Assembly (NCBI GenBank): GCA_964649985.1
Contig: CAZYQX010000003.1
Span: 29,704 to 93,703 of the forward strand
DNA from: an uncultured Pseudomonadales bacterium
Lineage (GTDB): Bacteria; Pseudomonadota; Gammaproteobacteria; Pseudomonadales; CAZYQX01
Direction of reading: 5' to 3'
DNA: 64,000 nucleotides
The number at the start of each line of letters is the position of its first letter. Within the stretch, counting starts at the first letter, position 1. Below the pieces are notes generated by a model. That model was not told where the DNA came from and did not search any database. It saw only the letters and a list, made by a program, of their open reading frames with translations. Positions 20,289 to 31,228 of the stretch are shown here, piece after piece. Both the position numbers and the translations under genes were made by a program.

Positions 20289-21920
20289 ATGCAAGCCCTG
20301 TCTTTGCGCATGAAGCTGATCATCAGCTTTGGTCTGTTAAATCTGCTGGCCTGTGTCTGCTATACCCTGGTGGCGGCGATGGATGCGCGGCAGCACGTGC
20401 GTGAAACGGTGGACGCCAGGCTGGAGGCCGCCGCTGCGGCGCTGCCCTTTGCGCTGGGGGATGCCTGGATGACCAGGGCGCATGCCGAAGGCGCTTCGCT
20501 CAGCGATGAGGAGTATTTCGGCTTGGTGCGCCGTGCCTATGCCTTGACGCAGCGCAGTGGCGTGGAGTTCATCTATCTGATGTCTGTGCGCGATGGCAAG
20601 GTCATCACCATTACCGATGCGGCCCCTGAATCGGATTTGGCATCGGCGAATTATCAGGCCTATCTCGCCGATTACCCCGATGCAAGCCCGGCTGTGCTCC
20701 AGGCCTGGCAGAAACAACAGAAGCAGTTCGATGAGTACACTGACCGCTATGGCACGTTCAGGTCGGTGTTCGTCCCGTATGAGGTGGATGGTAAGCGCTA
20801 CGTGATTGGCGCCGACATGGCGCTGACGCAGGTTGAAACCATGGTGTCAGATACCATCATGGGCCATGTGGGTATCGGTGTTGGTCTGTTTCTGGTCGGC
20901 AGCCTGCTGGCCTGGGGGGCGGCCCATCTGATCGCGGCGCCGTTGGTGCGTATGTCGGAGGAAATCAAGCGCGCGGCGGATCAGCACGACCTCAGTCGCG
21001 GCGTCAGCGTGGCCGATGGCGCCGAGCTGGGTCGCCTGAGCGAGAGTCTGAACGGCTTGTTCGGGGTTTTGCGCACCACCTTCCAAGCCATTCGTGGCAG
21101 TGTGGATGAAAATGCCCGCCTGGCCGAGCAGCTCGAAGGTGCGGCTTGCCATTGGCGCGAACAACTCGATCGCAATGCCGGGCGCATGGTGGCGGTGACC
21201 ACCGAGGCCGTCAGCATCCGCACCAGCACAGAGCAGGCGACACGGTTGGTGTCCAGCGCGGAGCGGGAGATGGAGGGGGTCTCCTCGGTGCTGGTGCATA
21301 CCCGCCAGGTATTGGCTACCGTGGTGCAGGGCGTTGGCCGCGCCGCATCTGACGGCGAGCGTTTGGCCACTGAGCTGAATGACCTCAGCGAGCAGGCGAA
21401 GAGCATCAATGATGTATTGGCGGTGATTCGGCAGATCTCCGAACAGACCAATTTGCTGGCCCTCAATGCCGCCATTGAGGCTGCGCGCGCAGGGGAGCAC
21501 GGGCGCGGTTTTGCGGTGGTGGCCGATGAAGTGCGCAAGCTGGCGAGCCAGACCAATCAAACCGTGGAACAGACCAGCGGTATTGTCGACTCCTTGGTGG
21601 CGGCGGTGTATCGCTCGGTGGGGCAAATGGAAGCCAACAGCAATACCAGCCGGGCGCTGGCAGATTCTTCCCGCTCGGTGGAGCAGGCCATGGAGGAACT
21701 TTGGGGGCATCTGCAGTGCATGTTTGACTCCGTGAAGGTGAGCATTTCTGCTACCGAGGGTTGTCATGGTGCGGTCAAGGCCATCGTGGGGGATTTGGAA
21801 GGCCTCAACCATGCGCTGGATGCCAGCGTGGTGGAAGCCCGCAAGGTGAGCGAAGTGGCCGACCGGCTGGATGAGCAGGCGGCCGATCTCAGCCAGCGCC
21901 TGGCTGATTTCAAGTCCTGA
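20289..21920 (+). CDS. Methyl-accepting chemotaxis protein with a Cache-like periplasmic domain
   Basis: ATG 20289 after GAGG. Two TM segments, a HAMP domain and the signalling hairpin [35 protein letters not shown]. Confidence 0.9.
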   Translation: MQALSLRMKLIISFGLLNLLACVCYTLVAAMDARQHVRETVDARLEAAAAALPFALGDAWMTRAHAEGASLSDEEYFGLVRRAYALTQRSGVEFIYLMSVRDGKVITITDAAPESDLASANYQAYLADYPDASPAVLQAWQKQQKQFDEYTDRYGTFRSVFVPYEVDGKRYVIGADMALTQVETMVSDTIMGHVGIGVGLFLVGSLLAWGAAHLIAAPLVRMSEEIKRAADQHDLSRGVSVADGAELGRLSESLNGLFGVLRTTFQAIRGSVDENARLAEQLEGAACHWREQLDRNAGRMVAVTTEAVSIRTSTEQATRLVSSAEREMEGVSSVLVHTRQVLATVVQGVGRAASDGERLATELNDLSEQAKSINDVLAVIRQISEQTNLLALNAAIEAARAGEHGRGFAVVADEVRKLASQTNQTVEQTSGIVDSLVAAVYRSVGQMEANSNTSRALADSSRSVEQAMEELWGHLQCMFDSVKVSISATEGCHGAVKAIVGDLEGLNHALDASVVEARKVSEVADRLDEQAADLSQRLADFKS

Positions 21921-22164
21921 AGTTCTCGCTGCGATGATGCGGCTGACAAAACCGCTCATCGCTCACTGACGCCAGACGTCACTGGCCGCTTTTAATAGTT
22001 GCGCATCGGGCTATTGTGAGGTCGTGACCGGTTTGGTCATTGAGACGGCTAGCCGGCTGATCAACTATAGATTCGCTAAAAGCGGGCAGTCCCTTTGACT
22101 GATCCGCCATCTCAACACGCTCCCCGCAGGGTTTGCCGGTGGGGTCACTGACAGAGGCAACGAG

Positions 22165-23355
22165 ATGAAAATCGAGTTCACTCCCGAGCAAGAAGCGCTG
22201 CGCCAAGAGCTTCGCGCTTACTTCAAAAAGTTGATGACGCCTGAACTCACGGCCGAAGTTGCCGAGAGCCCGGGTGAAGGCGGTGGCCCGCTGTTTTTCG
22301 AGGCCCTGAAGCAACTGGGGCGCGATGGCTGGATCGGCGTGGGCTGGGACAAGAAATACGGTGGCCGTGGTATGTCCCACCTGGAGCAATTCATCTTCAT
22401 CGAAGAAGTGATGCGCGCTGGTTATCCCTTCCCGTTCCTGACCACCGAGTCCGTCGGCCCGATGTTGGCCGAGCACGGCAACGAGTGGGTTCAGACCGAG
22501 ATCGTACCCAAGATCCTCAAGGGCGAACTGATCATCGCCATCGGCTACTCCGAGCCGGGTTCAGGCACCGACCTGGCCTCCCTCAAAACCACCGCCGTGC
22601 GCGAGGGTGATGAGTGGGTGATCAATGGTCAGAAGATCTTCACCAGCTGTGCGCATTTCGCCGACTACGTCTGGCTGGCCTGCCGCACCAATCAGGACCC
22701 CGAGGTGAAGAAGCACAAGGGCATCTCCATGCTGCTGGTGCCGGTGACTGCCAAGGGTTACGACTGCACGCCCATCGTGACACTGGGCGGCGTGCGTACC
22801 AACGCGACTTACTACGATAACGTCCGTGTGCCGGCCACCGCGTTGGTAGGCGAGCTGGACAAAGGCTGGAACCTGGTGACCTCCCAGCTGAACCGCGAGC
22901 GTCTCTCGCTGGTGAACGTGGGGCCGGTATCCAACCTGTTCAACGAAGTGACCAAGTGGGCCAAAGAAACCACCCTGCCCAACGGCAAGCGTGTGATCGA
23001 TCAGCCTTGGGTTCAGCTGAATCTGGCGCGCGTGCGCACCGGTATCGAAGCCCTCAAGCTGATGTGCTACAAGCAGGCCTGGGCCATGAGCGAAGGCAAT
23101 CTGCAGATGGCCGATGCGTCTGCCGCCAAGGTTTACGGCACCGAGTTCTTTGTAGAAGCCTATCGTGCGCTGGCCGAGATCGTGGGCCAGGGCTCCACCA
23201 TTCACGCCAAGTCTGAAACTGGCCAGGTCATGGGTGGCCTGCTGGAAGTGCTGTACCGCACCGCCAGTATCATCACCTTCGGTGGCGGCGCCAACGAAAT
23301 TCAGCGTGACATCATTTCGGCGGCGGGTCTGTGGATGCCGCGGGCCAAGCGATAA
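22165..23355 (+). CDS. Acyl-CoA dehydrogenase family protein (first of a tandem pair)
   Basis: 396 aa. ACAD N/M/C layout (AIGYSEPGSGTDLASLKT, WVINGQKIFTS). The C-terminal motif reads FGGGANEIQR rather than YEGT. Confidence 0.9.
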   Translation: MKIEFTPEQEALRQELRAYFKKLMTPELTAEVAESPGEGGGPLFFEALKQLGRDGWIGVGWDKKYGGRGMSHLEQFIFIEEVMRAGYPFPFLTTESVGPMLAEHGNEWVQTEIVPKILKGELIIAIGYSEPGSGTDLASLKTTAVREGDEWVINGQKIFTSCAHFADYVWLACRTNQDPEVKKHKGISMLLVPVTAKGYDCTPIVTLGGVRTNATYYDNVRVPATALVGELDKGWNLVTSQLNRERLSLVNVGPVSNLFNEVTKWAKETTLPNGKRVIDQPWVQLNLARVRTGIEALKLMCYKQAWAMSEGNLQMADASAAKVYGTEFFVEAYRALAEIVGQGSTIHAKSETGQVMGGLLEVLYRTASIITFGGGANEIQRDIISAAGLWMPRAKR

Positions 23356-23367
23356 GAGGGGATCGTC

Positions 23368-24495
23368 ATGGATTTTTCCTATAGCGAAGAACAACGCGAA
23401 GTGCAGAACCTGGCGCGCCAGATCCTCACCGATCTCGCCACCACCGACCGCATCAAGCAACTGGAAAACCAGAAACTGCGCTACGACAGCGCCCTCTGGG
23501 AGAAACTGGCCGAAGCCGGCCTGCTGGGTGTGGCCATCGATGCCGACTACGAAGGCATGGGCTTTGGCCTGACCGAGCTGTGCCTGGTGATCGAGGAAGT
23601 GGGCCGCACGGTGGCTCCGGTGCCGGCAATTTCCACCCTGGTGACCGCGCTGGCCGTTCAGAAGTACGGTTCCGCGTCCCAGAAATCAGACCTGCTGCCC
23701 CAAGTGGCCGGTGGCAAACTGCTGCTGACCTCGGCGCTGATGGAAAATCAGAACGAAGACGCCGCCGCTCCCGCGCTGACCACTGCCCGCAAGGAGGGTG
23801 ATGGCTGGGTGATTTCTGGTGTTAAGAACTGCGTTCCCTTTGCTGAGCAGTCCGGCCAGATGCTGGTATCTGCCAAGGCCGAGGGCGGCGTACTGGTTGC
23901 CCTGGTGAGCCCCAAAGCGGCCGGTGTGAAACTCACCTCTCTGCGCGTAACGACCTATGAGCCCCAGTGCCTGGTTGAGTTGAGCGATGTGAAGGTGAGC
24001 GCGGCTGACGTGCTGGTAGCACCTGCCGATGGCGCAGCGGCTATGCAGTGGCTGGTTGAGCGCTACGAGGCTGCACTCTGTGCCGCTCAGTTGGGTGCCA
24101 CCCACAAGATGATGAGCATGACGGCCAGCTACACCTCCGAGCGTCATCAGTTCGGCGTGCCGATCGCCACCTTCCAGGCGGTAGGCCACCGCGCGGCCAA
24201 CTGCTACATCGACATCGAGTGTCTGCGTCTGGTGACGCAGCAAGCGGTATCAATGCTGGAAGAGGCTGATTACGCGACCACCGAAGTTACCGTGGCCAAG
24301 GTGTGGGCTGGCGATGTGGGCCACCGCGTCAGCTATGCCGCACAGCACTTGCACGGCGGCATGGGGGTGGATCGAGACTACCCGCTGTGGCGTTACTGCC
24401 TGTGGGTACGCCAGAACGAGATGACGCTGGGCAGCTCCGCCGCTCAGCTGTCGAAGCTGGCTGACCGCATCGTCGAGGGCAATGCATTCGCCTGA
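23368..24495 (+). CDS. Acyl-CoA dehydrogenase family protein (second of the tandem pair; divergent)
   Basis: 375 aa, 12 nt after the first ACAD. ACAD-like blocks (FQAVGHRAANCYIDIE, AAQHLHGGMGV). No Glu in the region corresponding to the usual catalytic base (TLGSSAAQL). Confidence 0.85.
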   Translation: MDFSYSEEQREVQNLARQILTDLATTDRIKQLENQKLRYDSALWEKLAEAGLLGVAIDADYEGMGFGLTELCLVIEEVGRTVAPVPAISTLVTALAVQKYGSASQKSDLLPQVAGGKLLLTSALMENQNEDAAAPALTTARKEGDGWVISGVKNCVPFAEQSGQMLVSAKAEGGVLVALVSPKAAGVKLTSLRVTTYEPQCLVELSDVKVSAADVLVAPADGAAAMQWLVERYEAALCAAQLGATHKMMSMTASYTSERHQFGVPIATFQAVGHRAANCYIDIECLRLVTQQAVSMLEEADYATTEVTVAKVWAGDVGHRVSYAAQHLHGGMGVDRDYPLWRYCLWVRQNEMTLGSSAAQLSKLADRIVEGNAFA

Positions 24496-24517
24496 TGAAT
24501 GCTTTTGCGTGAGACAA

Positions 24518-24550
24518 CACAACGGGCCCTGATGGGCCCGTTGTGCGTTT
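24518..24550 (+). terminator. Rho-independent terminator after the ACAD pair
   Basis: CACAACGGGCCC (24518-24529) / TGAT / GGGCCCGTTGTG (24534-24545), followed by CGTTTGG. Confidence 0.6.
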
Positions 24551-24603
24551 GGGGCTTTAGCCCTGTCGTGCGTCGCTTGGTCCGCCGAACTGCCTGAGCA
24601 GAG

Positions 24604-25485
24604 ATGCGGCAGTTGAGCGCTAAAGGGCCGTTTTTAGCACAACTTCGCAATCGCGCGCCTTCATATTTGGCGCACGCTAGAATAGCGGCCAGTTGTAGAC
24701 GCCAGAGCTTACTCTTGGACCAGCCAGAATCACTATCGCCAACCCCCTTGTCTGAAGGGTTTAGCGAATCACCTCCACCTAAGCCGCGGCGATGGCGCGT
24801 CGTGCTGGTAGTGCTATTCGCGCTGCACTCGCCGGTGTTGCTGTTGGCGGTGGTGCCCCCTCCATTTACCCTGATGATGCTCAAGTGTGGGCTGGAAGGG
24901 CTGGGGGATGCCAAATATGACTTCCGCTATGACTGGGTGCCGTTGTCGCGCATTTCACCTCAAGCGCAGCTGGCGGTGATCGCCGCCGAGGATCAGAAAT
25001 TTCCTCACCACCTGGGGTTTGACCTCGATGCCATCGGCAAGGCGTGGGACTATAACCAACGCGCTAAGCGGGTACGCGGGGCAAGCACCATCTCGCAGCA
25101 AGTGGCAAAGAATCTGTTCTTTCCGTTTACCCGCAGCTGGGTGCGCAAGGCCATAGAGGCCTATTGGACTTGCTGGATCGAGTTGCTCTGGTCCAAGCAG
25201 CGCATTCTTGAGGTCTATCTCAACACGGTTGAATTGGGGCAGGGCACCTTTGGTGTTGAGGCGGCCAGCCAGCGCTTTTTTGGCCACCCTGCAGCGAGCT
25301 TGTCGGCCGCTGAGTCAGCTCGTTTAGCGGCGGTATTGCCAAACCCGCGCGCCTACTCGGTGGTGAAGCCAGGGCCCTACGTGGCTGGACGTGCCAGCTG
25401 GATCCGGCGGCAGATGGGGCAACTGGGAACGGGGTATCTCCGGCAGCTTCCGGCCCATCCGGCGTGGATGGATGGGCTTTTGTGA
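24604..25485 (+). CDS. mtgA: Monofunctional biosynthetic peptidoglycan transglycosylase
   Basis: GT51 motifs AVIAAEDQKFPHHLGFD, RGASTISQQVAKNLF and WSKQRILEVYLNTVELG. The ATG 24604 start gives a ~55-aa N-terminal extension relative to E. coli MtgA, so the true start is uncertain. Confidence 0.85.
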   Translation: MRQLSAKGPFLAQLRNRAPSYLAHARIAASCRRQSLLLDQPESLSPTPLSEGFSESPPPKPRRWRVVLVVLFALHSPVLLLAVVPPPFTLMMLKCGLEGLGDAKYDFRYDWVPLSRISPQAQLAVIAAEDQKFPHHLGFDLDAIGKAWDYNQRAKRVRGASTISQQVAKNLFFPFTRSWVRKAIEAYWTCWIELLWSKQRILEVYLNTVELGQGTFGVEAASQRFFGHPAASLSAAESARLAAVLPNPRAYSVVKPGPYVAGRASWIRRQMGQLGTGYLRQLPAHPAWMDGLL

Positions 25486-25668
25486 AGTGCTTGTTATTCC
25501 ACGGTCATCACGTGATCAAAATAACCGTCTATACTGTTCAACGTAACGTATATAACCGCTATGTTGATTGATGCTCTCCAAGGAGAGTGACGGCGGGGTT
25601 GGCGTGAGGCTGGTAGAGGCACGACGCCCCGGCAATGCCAAAAGAGAGGTCGGGCTGGGTACCGTAGG

Positions 25669-26856
25669 ATGTATCGGATTCCTCGCACAGTGCTAGCGGA
25701 GGCCGAATCTGTGGATCAAGAGCGCGATTACGAGCGTTATCGTAGGCGCCTGAAGGATCTGTCGGATCGTCTGACTCGCCTTATTGAGGATGGTGCGCAC
25801 AACGAGCGCACCTTTCAGCGTTTCCGCAATTTTGAAATCAGCCTACTCTCAGCCGACAGCTTGTCGGAGACTTTGCTCATCCTGCTTGAAGTGAGCAAGA
25901 GCCACTTTTCGCTTGATGCCGTTGAGCTGGTGTTTTACGACCCTGAAGGCAGCCTTGCCGAGGTTTTGGAAGATTTGCCTCAGTCGGTTGAGCACCTGCC
26001 GCTGACGCTGGTGCCGCGCCAGGAGAATGTGCAACGCTTTTACGATGGCCGGCCGCGCCCTTTGGCCCTCAGTGCAGCCGCCCTGCAAGCGCGAATGATT
26101 TTTGGTGGTCGACGCGAAATTCAGAGCGCGTTGGTCTTGCCCATGGTGCGCCACCAAACGTTGGTGGGCAGCCTGCATATGGGCAGCAACTCCCCGGATC
26201 GCTTCACCAGTAGCAAGGCCCTGGACTTCGTGAGTCACATGGCGTCGATTGTGGCGGTGTGCCTGGAAAATGCCATCAGCCAGGAGCACTTGCGCCGCCT
26301 TAGCGTGATTGACGTACTCACCCGTGTGAAAAACCGGCGCGGCTTCGATGCTGCGCTTGAGAAGGAAATATCTCGTGCGGCGAGGACCACCGAGCCACTC
26401 AGCCTGTTGTTCATCGATCTCGATCATTTCAAACGCATCAATGATCGCTATGGTCATCAGGTGGGGGATCGCACGCTAAAAGTCGTTGCGCAGCATGTGC
26501 GCGCTTTGCTGCGCAAGACCGATCAACTGGCGCGATATGGCGGTGAGGAGTTCGCCGCCTTGCTGCCGAGCTGTCCGCTGGAACGTGCCCAGCAGATTGC
26601 GGATCGTGTGCGTGCCGAGGTCAGCCAGCTTCGCTTGCTGGATGATAATGGCGAGCCTTTCACCGCCACCTTGTCTGTCGGCTTGAGCTGTTGGCAACCC
26701 GTGCAGTCCGCTGAGGCGCCGGAGGTGGTGGCGCAATCCTTGGTCCGCGCGGCGGATGAAGCGGTGTATCAGGCCAAATCCGAGGGGCGCAATCGCGTGT
26801 GTTGTGCGCCTTTTGTGCTGCGTGCCGATTTGCTGGACACTTCGCCGGCCCTCTGA
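25669..26856 (+). CDS. Diguanylate cyclase (GGDEF) with an N-terminal GAF/DUF484-like sensor
   Basis: DVLTRVKNRRGFD, FIDLDHFKRINDRYGH, RYGGEEFAALL (GGEEF active site) and YQAKSEGRNRV. Confidence 0.85.
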   Translation: MYRIPRTVLAEAESVDQERDYERYRRRLKDLSDRLTRLIEDGAHNERTFQRFRNFEISLLSADSLSETLLILLEVSKSHFSLDAVELVFYDPEGSLAEVLEDLPQSVEHLPLTLVPRQENVQRFYDGRPRPLALSAAALQARMIFGGRREIQSALVLPMVRHQTLVGSLHMGSNSPDRFTSSKALDFVSHMASIVAVCLENAISQEHLRRLSVIDVLTRVKNRRGFDAALEKEISRAARTTEPLSLLFIDLDHFKRINDRYGHQVGDRTLKVVAQHVRALLRKTDQLARYGGEEFAALLPSCPLERAQQIADRVRAEVSQLRLLDDNGEPFTATLSVGLSCWQPVQSAEAPEVVAQSLVRAADEAVYQAKSEGRNRVCCAPFVLRADLLDTSPAL

Positions 26857-27127
26857 GTTACTCTCTGCACATGCGCTTGATCCAGCCGCTACCGCGGTTG
26901 CAGGCGATGTGTCAGCCCCAACGCCTACTTCCAGCTGAAGTGCCCACGAATCTGGCCAATGCTCAACTGGCGCCCTGCGCCGCGCCCCTTTGGGCGTGGC
27001 CTTCGGCTCGCCTAGCCATCATCGGCGTGATCGACTTTTTCAGAGGTTCTCTAAGTGCTGCTTGCGAGCAGTGCGCTGTGGCCGAGGAGTGCCATACTTA
27101 AACTGGGCAATGATCGGAGCACAGAAC

Positions 27128-27880
27128 ATGCAGGTCTCGGGACAGTGTGTGATGGTCACAGGGGCGGCCAGCGGTCTTGGTGCGGCGGTAGTGGAGGCGA
27201 TGCTGGCGCGTGGCGCGTATGTGTTGGCGCTCGATTTGTCGGCCATGAAGCAGGATGAGAAGGGGCTGCTCGCCCGCCAGGTGGATATTTGCTCTGAAGC
27301 CGATGTGCAAAACGCTTTGAAGGACGCAGTGGCCCAGTGGGGAGCGGTGCGAGCCTGTATCAATTGTGCCGGCATTCTTCAGGCGGGCAAGGTCGTCGGG
27401 CGCGAAGGGCCGCTGTCGCTGGCGCTTTTCCGGCGGGTGATCGAGGTCAATCTGATCGGTAGCTTTAATGTCGTGCGTTTAGCCGCTGCAGCCATGGCGA
27501 GCAATGAGCCGTTGGCGCCGGATGGTGAGCGAGGCGTGATCATCAACACCGGCTCTATCGCCGGTATTGAGGGGCAGGTGGGGCAAAGCGCCTATGCCGC
27601 TTCAAAAGCCGGCATCATAGGCCTGACCTTGCCTCTGGCGCGGGACTTGGCGCCACTGGGTATTCGCGTTAATACCATTTGCCCAGGCGTGTTCGATACT
27701 CAGATGATGGCGGGTGCCTCGGATGCGCTCTTGGCGGGCTTGCGCGATAGCATAGCCTTCCCGCGGCGCCTGGGGCGGCCCGCTGAGTTTGCCGCGCTGG
27801 TGCTTCAGCTGTGCGAGAATAGCTACCTGAACGGCGAGGTGATCCGGCTTGATGGCGCTGCCCGCCTCCCCATGCACTGA
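27128..27880 (+). CDS. Short-chain dehydrogenase, HSD17B10 / 3-hydroxyacyl-CoA dehydrogenase type-2-like
   Basis: ATG 27128 after GGAG. VTGAASGLG; GVIINTGSIAGIEGQVGQSAYAASKAGIIGLTLPLARDLAPLGIRVNTICPG; C-terminal LNGEVIRLDGA. Near-collinear with human HSD17B10 as I recall it. Confidence 0.88.
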   Translation: MQVSGQCVMVTGAASGLGAAVVEAMLARGAYVLALDLSAMKQDEKGLLARQVDICSEADVQNALKDAVAQWGAVRACINCAGILQAGKVVGREGPLSLALFRRVIEVNLIGSFNVVRLAAAAMASNEPLAPDGERGVIINTGSIAGIEGQVGQSAYAASKAGIIGLTLPLARDLAPLGIRVNTICPGVFDTQMMAGASDALLAGLRDSIAFPRRLGRPAEFAALVLQLCENSYLNGEVIRLDGAARLPMH

Positions 27881-27906
27881 ATGAAGATTTTGTTTTGAGG
27901 CTTTAG

Positions 27907-28227
27907 ATGACTGTTCAAGCCACGATCGAGACCAAATTGCAGCAGGCGTTGTCACCGTCGCTGCTGGATGTCATCAACGAGAGCCACCAGCACAGTGTGC
28001 CGGCGGGTTCAGAGAGCCACTTCAAGGTGGTGATTGTGTCTCCGGCATTCGCGGGGCAGCGCTTGGTGGCGCGGCACCAGACTGTCTACCGCGTGCTGGC
28101 CGAGGAACTCGCCGGAGGCGTGCACGCATTGGCGTTACACACCTATACCCCTGAAGAGTGGGGCGCTAGGGAGGGAGGGGCGCCGGCCTCGCCCAAGTGC
28201 ATGGGCGGGAGCAAGCACGATCACTGA
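27907..28227 (+). CDS. BolA-family protein
   Basis: 106 aa. [47 protein letters not shown]...[13 protein letters not shown] is the BolA fold signature. Confidence 0.8.
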   Translation: MTVQATIETKLQQALSPSLLDVINESHQHSVPAGSESHFKVVIVSPAFAGQRLVARHQTVYRVLAEELAGGVHALALHTYTPEEWGAREGGAPASPKCMGGSKHDH

Positions 28228-28366
28228 CAGCCTTGCGCGCTCGATCACATTCAGAGCGCTCTTTACCTATAAATATGAACATCGCGTGCTAAATTGGCAG
28301 TAGACACACGCCGAGGCGTTTTTGCAGGCGGCTGTGATGGAATAACACTAAGCATTGAGGATTTGC

Positions 28367-29377
28367 ATGAAGGTTCTGGTAACGGGTGGTGCAGGATATA
28401 TCGGTAGCCATACCTGCCTGCAGTTGTTGAATGCCGGCTACGACGTGGTGGTGGTCGACAATCTGAGCAACAGCAGTGTCGAGTCATTGGCACGCGTGCA
28501 AACATTGGCGGGGCGCGCACTCGAGTTTGCACAGGTCGATATCCGCGATCTGGAGGGGCTGCGCCGGGTGTTCGCGGCACATCAGATTGACAGCGTGATC
28601 CACTTTGCCGGCCTGAAAGCGGTGGGTGAGTCCGTTCGCGAGCCGCTGCGCTACTACCAGAACAATGTGGAAGGCACCCTCACGCTGTGCCAGGCGATGC
28701 AGGAGGCTGGTGTTTTTAAGATGGTGTTCAGTTCCTCTGCCACCGTCTACGGCGACCCGGCCAGTGTGCCGATTCGGGAGGACTTTCCGCTCTCTGCCAC
28801 CAATCCCTATGGCCGCACCAAGCTGATGATCGAGGAGATCCTGCGGGATTTTCGCGTGGCCGACAGCCGCTGGCGCATCGTGCTGCTGCGCTATTTCAAT
28901 CCTGTGGGAGCCCACGAGAGCGGCACCATCGGTGAAGACCCCAAGGGCATTCCCAACAACCTGATGCCTTATATTTCGCAGGTAGCGGTGGGCAAGCTGG
29001 CGGAGCTCAGTGTATTCGGTGGTGACTACCCCACCGTGGACGGCACCGGCGTGCGCGACTACATCCATGTGCTCGATCTGGCCGATGGCCACCTCAAGGC
29101 GTTGGAGAAAATTGGCCGTGAGGATGGTCTGTTTGTCTACAACCTCGGCACCGGCTGTGGCTATTCCGTGTTGGAAACCCTGCGCGCCTTTGAGCGGGCC
29201 AGCGGTCGAACGGTACCCTATAAGATCGTCGATCGCCGCCCAGGCGATGTGGCGAGTTGTTACGCTGACCCAGCGCTGGCCAGAGATGAACTGGGTTGGC
29301 AGGCGACCCGTGACATCGATTGCATGACGCGCGATGCGTGGCGTTGGCAGAGCCAGAATCCTGAGGGCTATGTGTAA
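28367..29377 (+). CDS. galE: UDP-glucose 4-epimerase
   Basis: [23 protein letters not shown], catalytic [14 protein letters not shown] and [12 protein letters not shown]. Confidence 0.9.
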   Translation: MKVLVTGGAGYIGSHTCLQLLNAGYDVVVVDNLSNSSVESLARVQTLAGRALEFAQVDIRDLEGLRRVFAAHQIDSVIHFAGLKAVGESVREPLRYYQNNVEGTLTLCQAMQEAGVFKMVFSSSATVYGDPASVPIREDFPLSATNPYGRTKLMIEEILRDFRVADSRWRIVLLRYFNPVGAHESGTIGEDPKGIPNNLMPYISQVAVGKLAELSVFGGDYPTVDGTGVRDYIHVLDLADGHLKALEKIGREDGLFVYNLGTGCGYSVLETLRAFERASGRTVPYKIVDRRPGDVASCYADPALARDELGWQATRDIDCMTRDAWRWQSQNPEGYV

Positions 29378-29558
29378 CGCCGTCGCATCTTCACCCGGGG
29401 GGGGCGATGTGCCGCCCCGGGGTATCCCCCCGTTGTAAGTTTCCTTTCCCCATCGCGGGTTTTATCTCTCCCCTTGGCCGGCGCCTCCGTGACGCCCCTC
29501 TATGGTTGGTCTATACCTAATATCTGTTTCATCACTCTTGGATGATAGGGGTAGTGGT

Positions 29559-31223
29559 ATGAGTATCAAGCGTCTGCTTCAGCTGTTTGTGGCAGTGAGT
29601 GTGGGTTTGAATACCATTGCCCTGCTGCTGATGCTGGGGGTATTGGATCGGCAGTCCCAGCTTGTGGCGACCGCACAGTCCCGGCTCGACTCCTACCGCA
29701 TGGGGCAGGAGATCATGGTGACCTCGGATGAACTCACCCGTCTGGCGCGCACCTATGTGGTGACCGGAGACAAACAATACAAGGAACAGTACTGGCAGAT
29801 CGTTGATTGGGTGGAGGGCAAGTCGGCGCGGCCGGATGGCCGTACCATTGCGGTGCGCGACTTGCTGAAGGAGTATGGTTTCACACCTGATGAGCTGGCC
29901 AAGCTTGACCGCTCCAACGAGCTTTCACTCAAGCTGGTGGAGACCGAAGAGGAAGCCTTTAACGCGGTGGAAGGCAAGTACAAGGATGCCGCTGGCAATT
30001 ACACGGTGAACGGGGAACCTGACGTTGCCAAGGCCACTGCCCTGGTGCACGATCAGCGCTATCACACCTATCGGGAACATATCATGGCGCCGGTGCAGGA
30101 GTTCTTGCGCATGGTGGATCAACGTACTGGGACTGCCGTTGAGGCAGCCGTGGGTTCCACCCATGCCAGCGCCATGGCGCTGGTGGGCTTCCTGGTGGCG
30201 GTGATCATTCTGGCCGCGGTGAATTACGCAGTGCTATTGCGCTTTGTGATTGCCCCGCTGGACCGCCTGGGCAAACAGGCTGAACGCGTTGCGGCGGGGG
30301 AGCGCGGGGTGCGATTGGCTGAAGAGGGCGCGGCTGAACTTGGCCGGGTGGCGACGACCGTCAATCATATGGTGGACAACCTGCTGCGCGTGGTTGAGAG
30401 CGTGGAGCGGGGCGGCAAGGCGGTGGCACAGACGTCTGCCGAGGTGAGCGATGCCATGGCCCGCACGCACGAAACCGTGACCCGGCAGAAGGAGTCCATT
30501 AATCAGGTGGCCGCTGCCGCCACCGAAATGAGTGCCACCTCCCATGACATGGCGGGCCATTGCCAAGGCGCCGCAAGCGCCAGTGGCACGGCCCAGCAGG
30601 CGGTGGGAGAGGGGCGCCAAGTGCTGGCGCGTACGATTGACGTGATCAATGAGTTGACCCGCGAAATTGAGCAGTCGAGTGACCGCATTGGCCATCTTGA
30701 GGAGTCGGTACAGCTGGTGACCAAGGTGATCGACGTGATCAATGCCATTGCCGAGCAGACCAATCTGCTGGCACTCAATGCTGCCATTGAGGCTGCGCGT
30801 GCGGGTGATCAGGGGCGTGGCTTTGCGGTCGTTGCAGATGAGGTGCGCTCACTGGCGCAGCGCACCCAGCAGTCCACCCTGGAGATCCTGCAAAACATTG
30901 AATCGCTGAAGGGGGATACCCGCCAGGCGGTGGAGTGCATGGGGTCCAGCACTGCAAAATCCGGTGTTGTGTTGGAGCAGGCCAGTCGCGCTTCCCAGTG
31001 TTTGCAGTCCATCAGCCATGCCATCGACCAGATCAATGGCATGGTCATCCAGATCGCCTCGGCCGCTGAGCAGCAGTCCCAGGTGGCGGATGACATCGGC
31101 CGGCAGGCCAATCAGATCGATGCACTGGCCACCGACTCGGTGTCGCTCAGCGCCCGTTCATTGCATGCCTCCCGCCAGCTGGATGAGCTGGCGACAGACT
31201 TGTTAGGTACGGTGGGGCGCTGA
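29559..31223 (+). CDS. Methyl-accepting chemotaxis protein with a helical (CHASE3/4HB-like) periplasmic sensor
   Basis: ATG 29559 ([10 protein letters not shown]). Sensor motif [20 protein letters not shown], a HAMP domain and [35 protein letters not shown]. Confidence 0.9.
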   Translation: MSIKRLLQLFVAVSVGLNTIALLLMLGVLDRQSQLVATAQSRLDSYRMGQEIMVTSDELTRLARTYVVTGDKQYKEQYWQIVDWVEGKSARPDGRTIAVRDLLKEYGFTPDELAKLDRSNELSLKLVETEEEAFNAVEGKYKDAAGNYTVNGEPDVAKATALVHDQRYHTYREHIMAPVQEFLRMVDQRTGTAVEAAVGSTHASAMALVGFLVAVIILAAVNYAVLLRFVIAPLDRLGKQAERVAAGERGVRLAEEGAAELGRVATTVNHMVDNLLRVVESVERGGKAVAQTSAEVSDAMARTHETVTRQKESINQVAAAATEMSATSHDMAGHCQGAASASGTAQQAVGEGRQVLARTIDVINELTREIEQSSDRIGHLEESVQLVTKVIDVINAIAEQTNLLALNAAIEAARAGDQGRGFAVVADEVRSLAQRTQQSTLEILQNIESLKGDTRQAVECMGSSTAKSGVVLEQASRASQCLQSISHAIDQINGMVIQIASAAEQQSQVADDIGRQANQIDALATDSVSLSARSLHASRQLDELATDLLGTVGR

Positions 31224-31228
31224 GGGGC

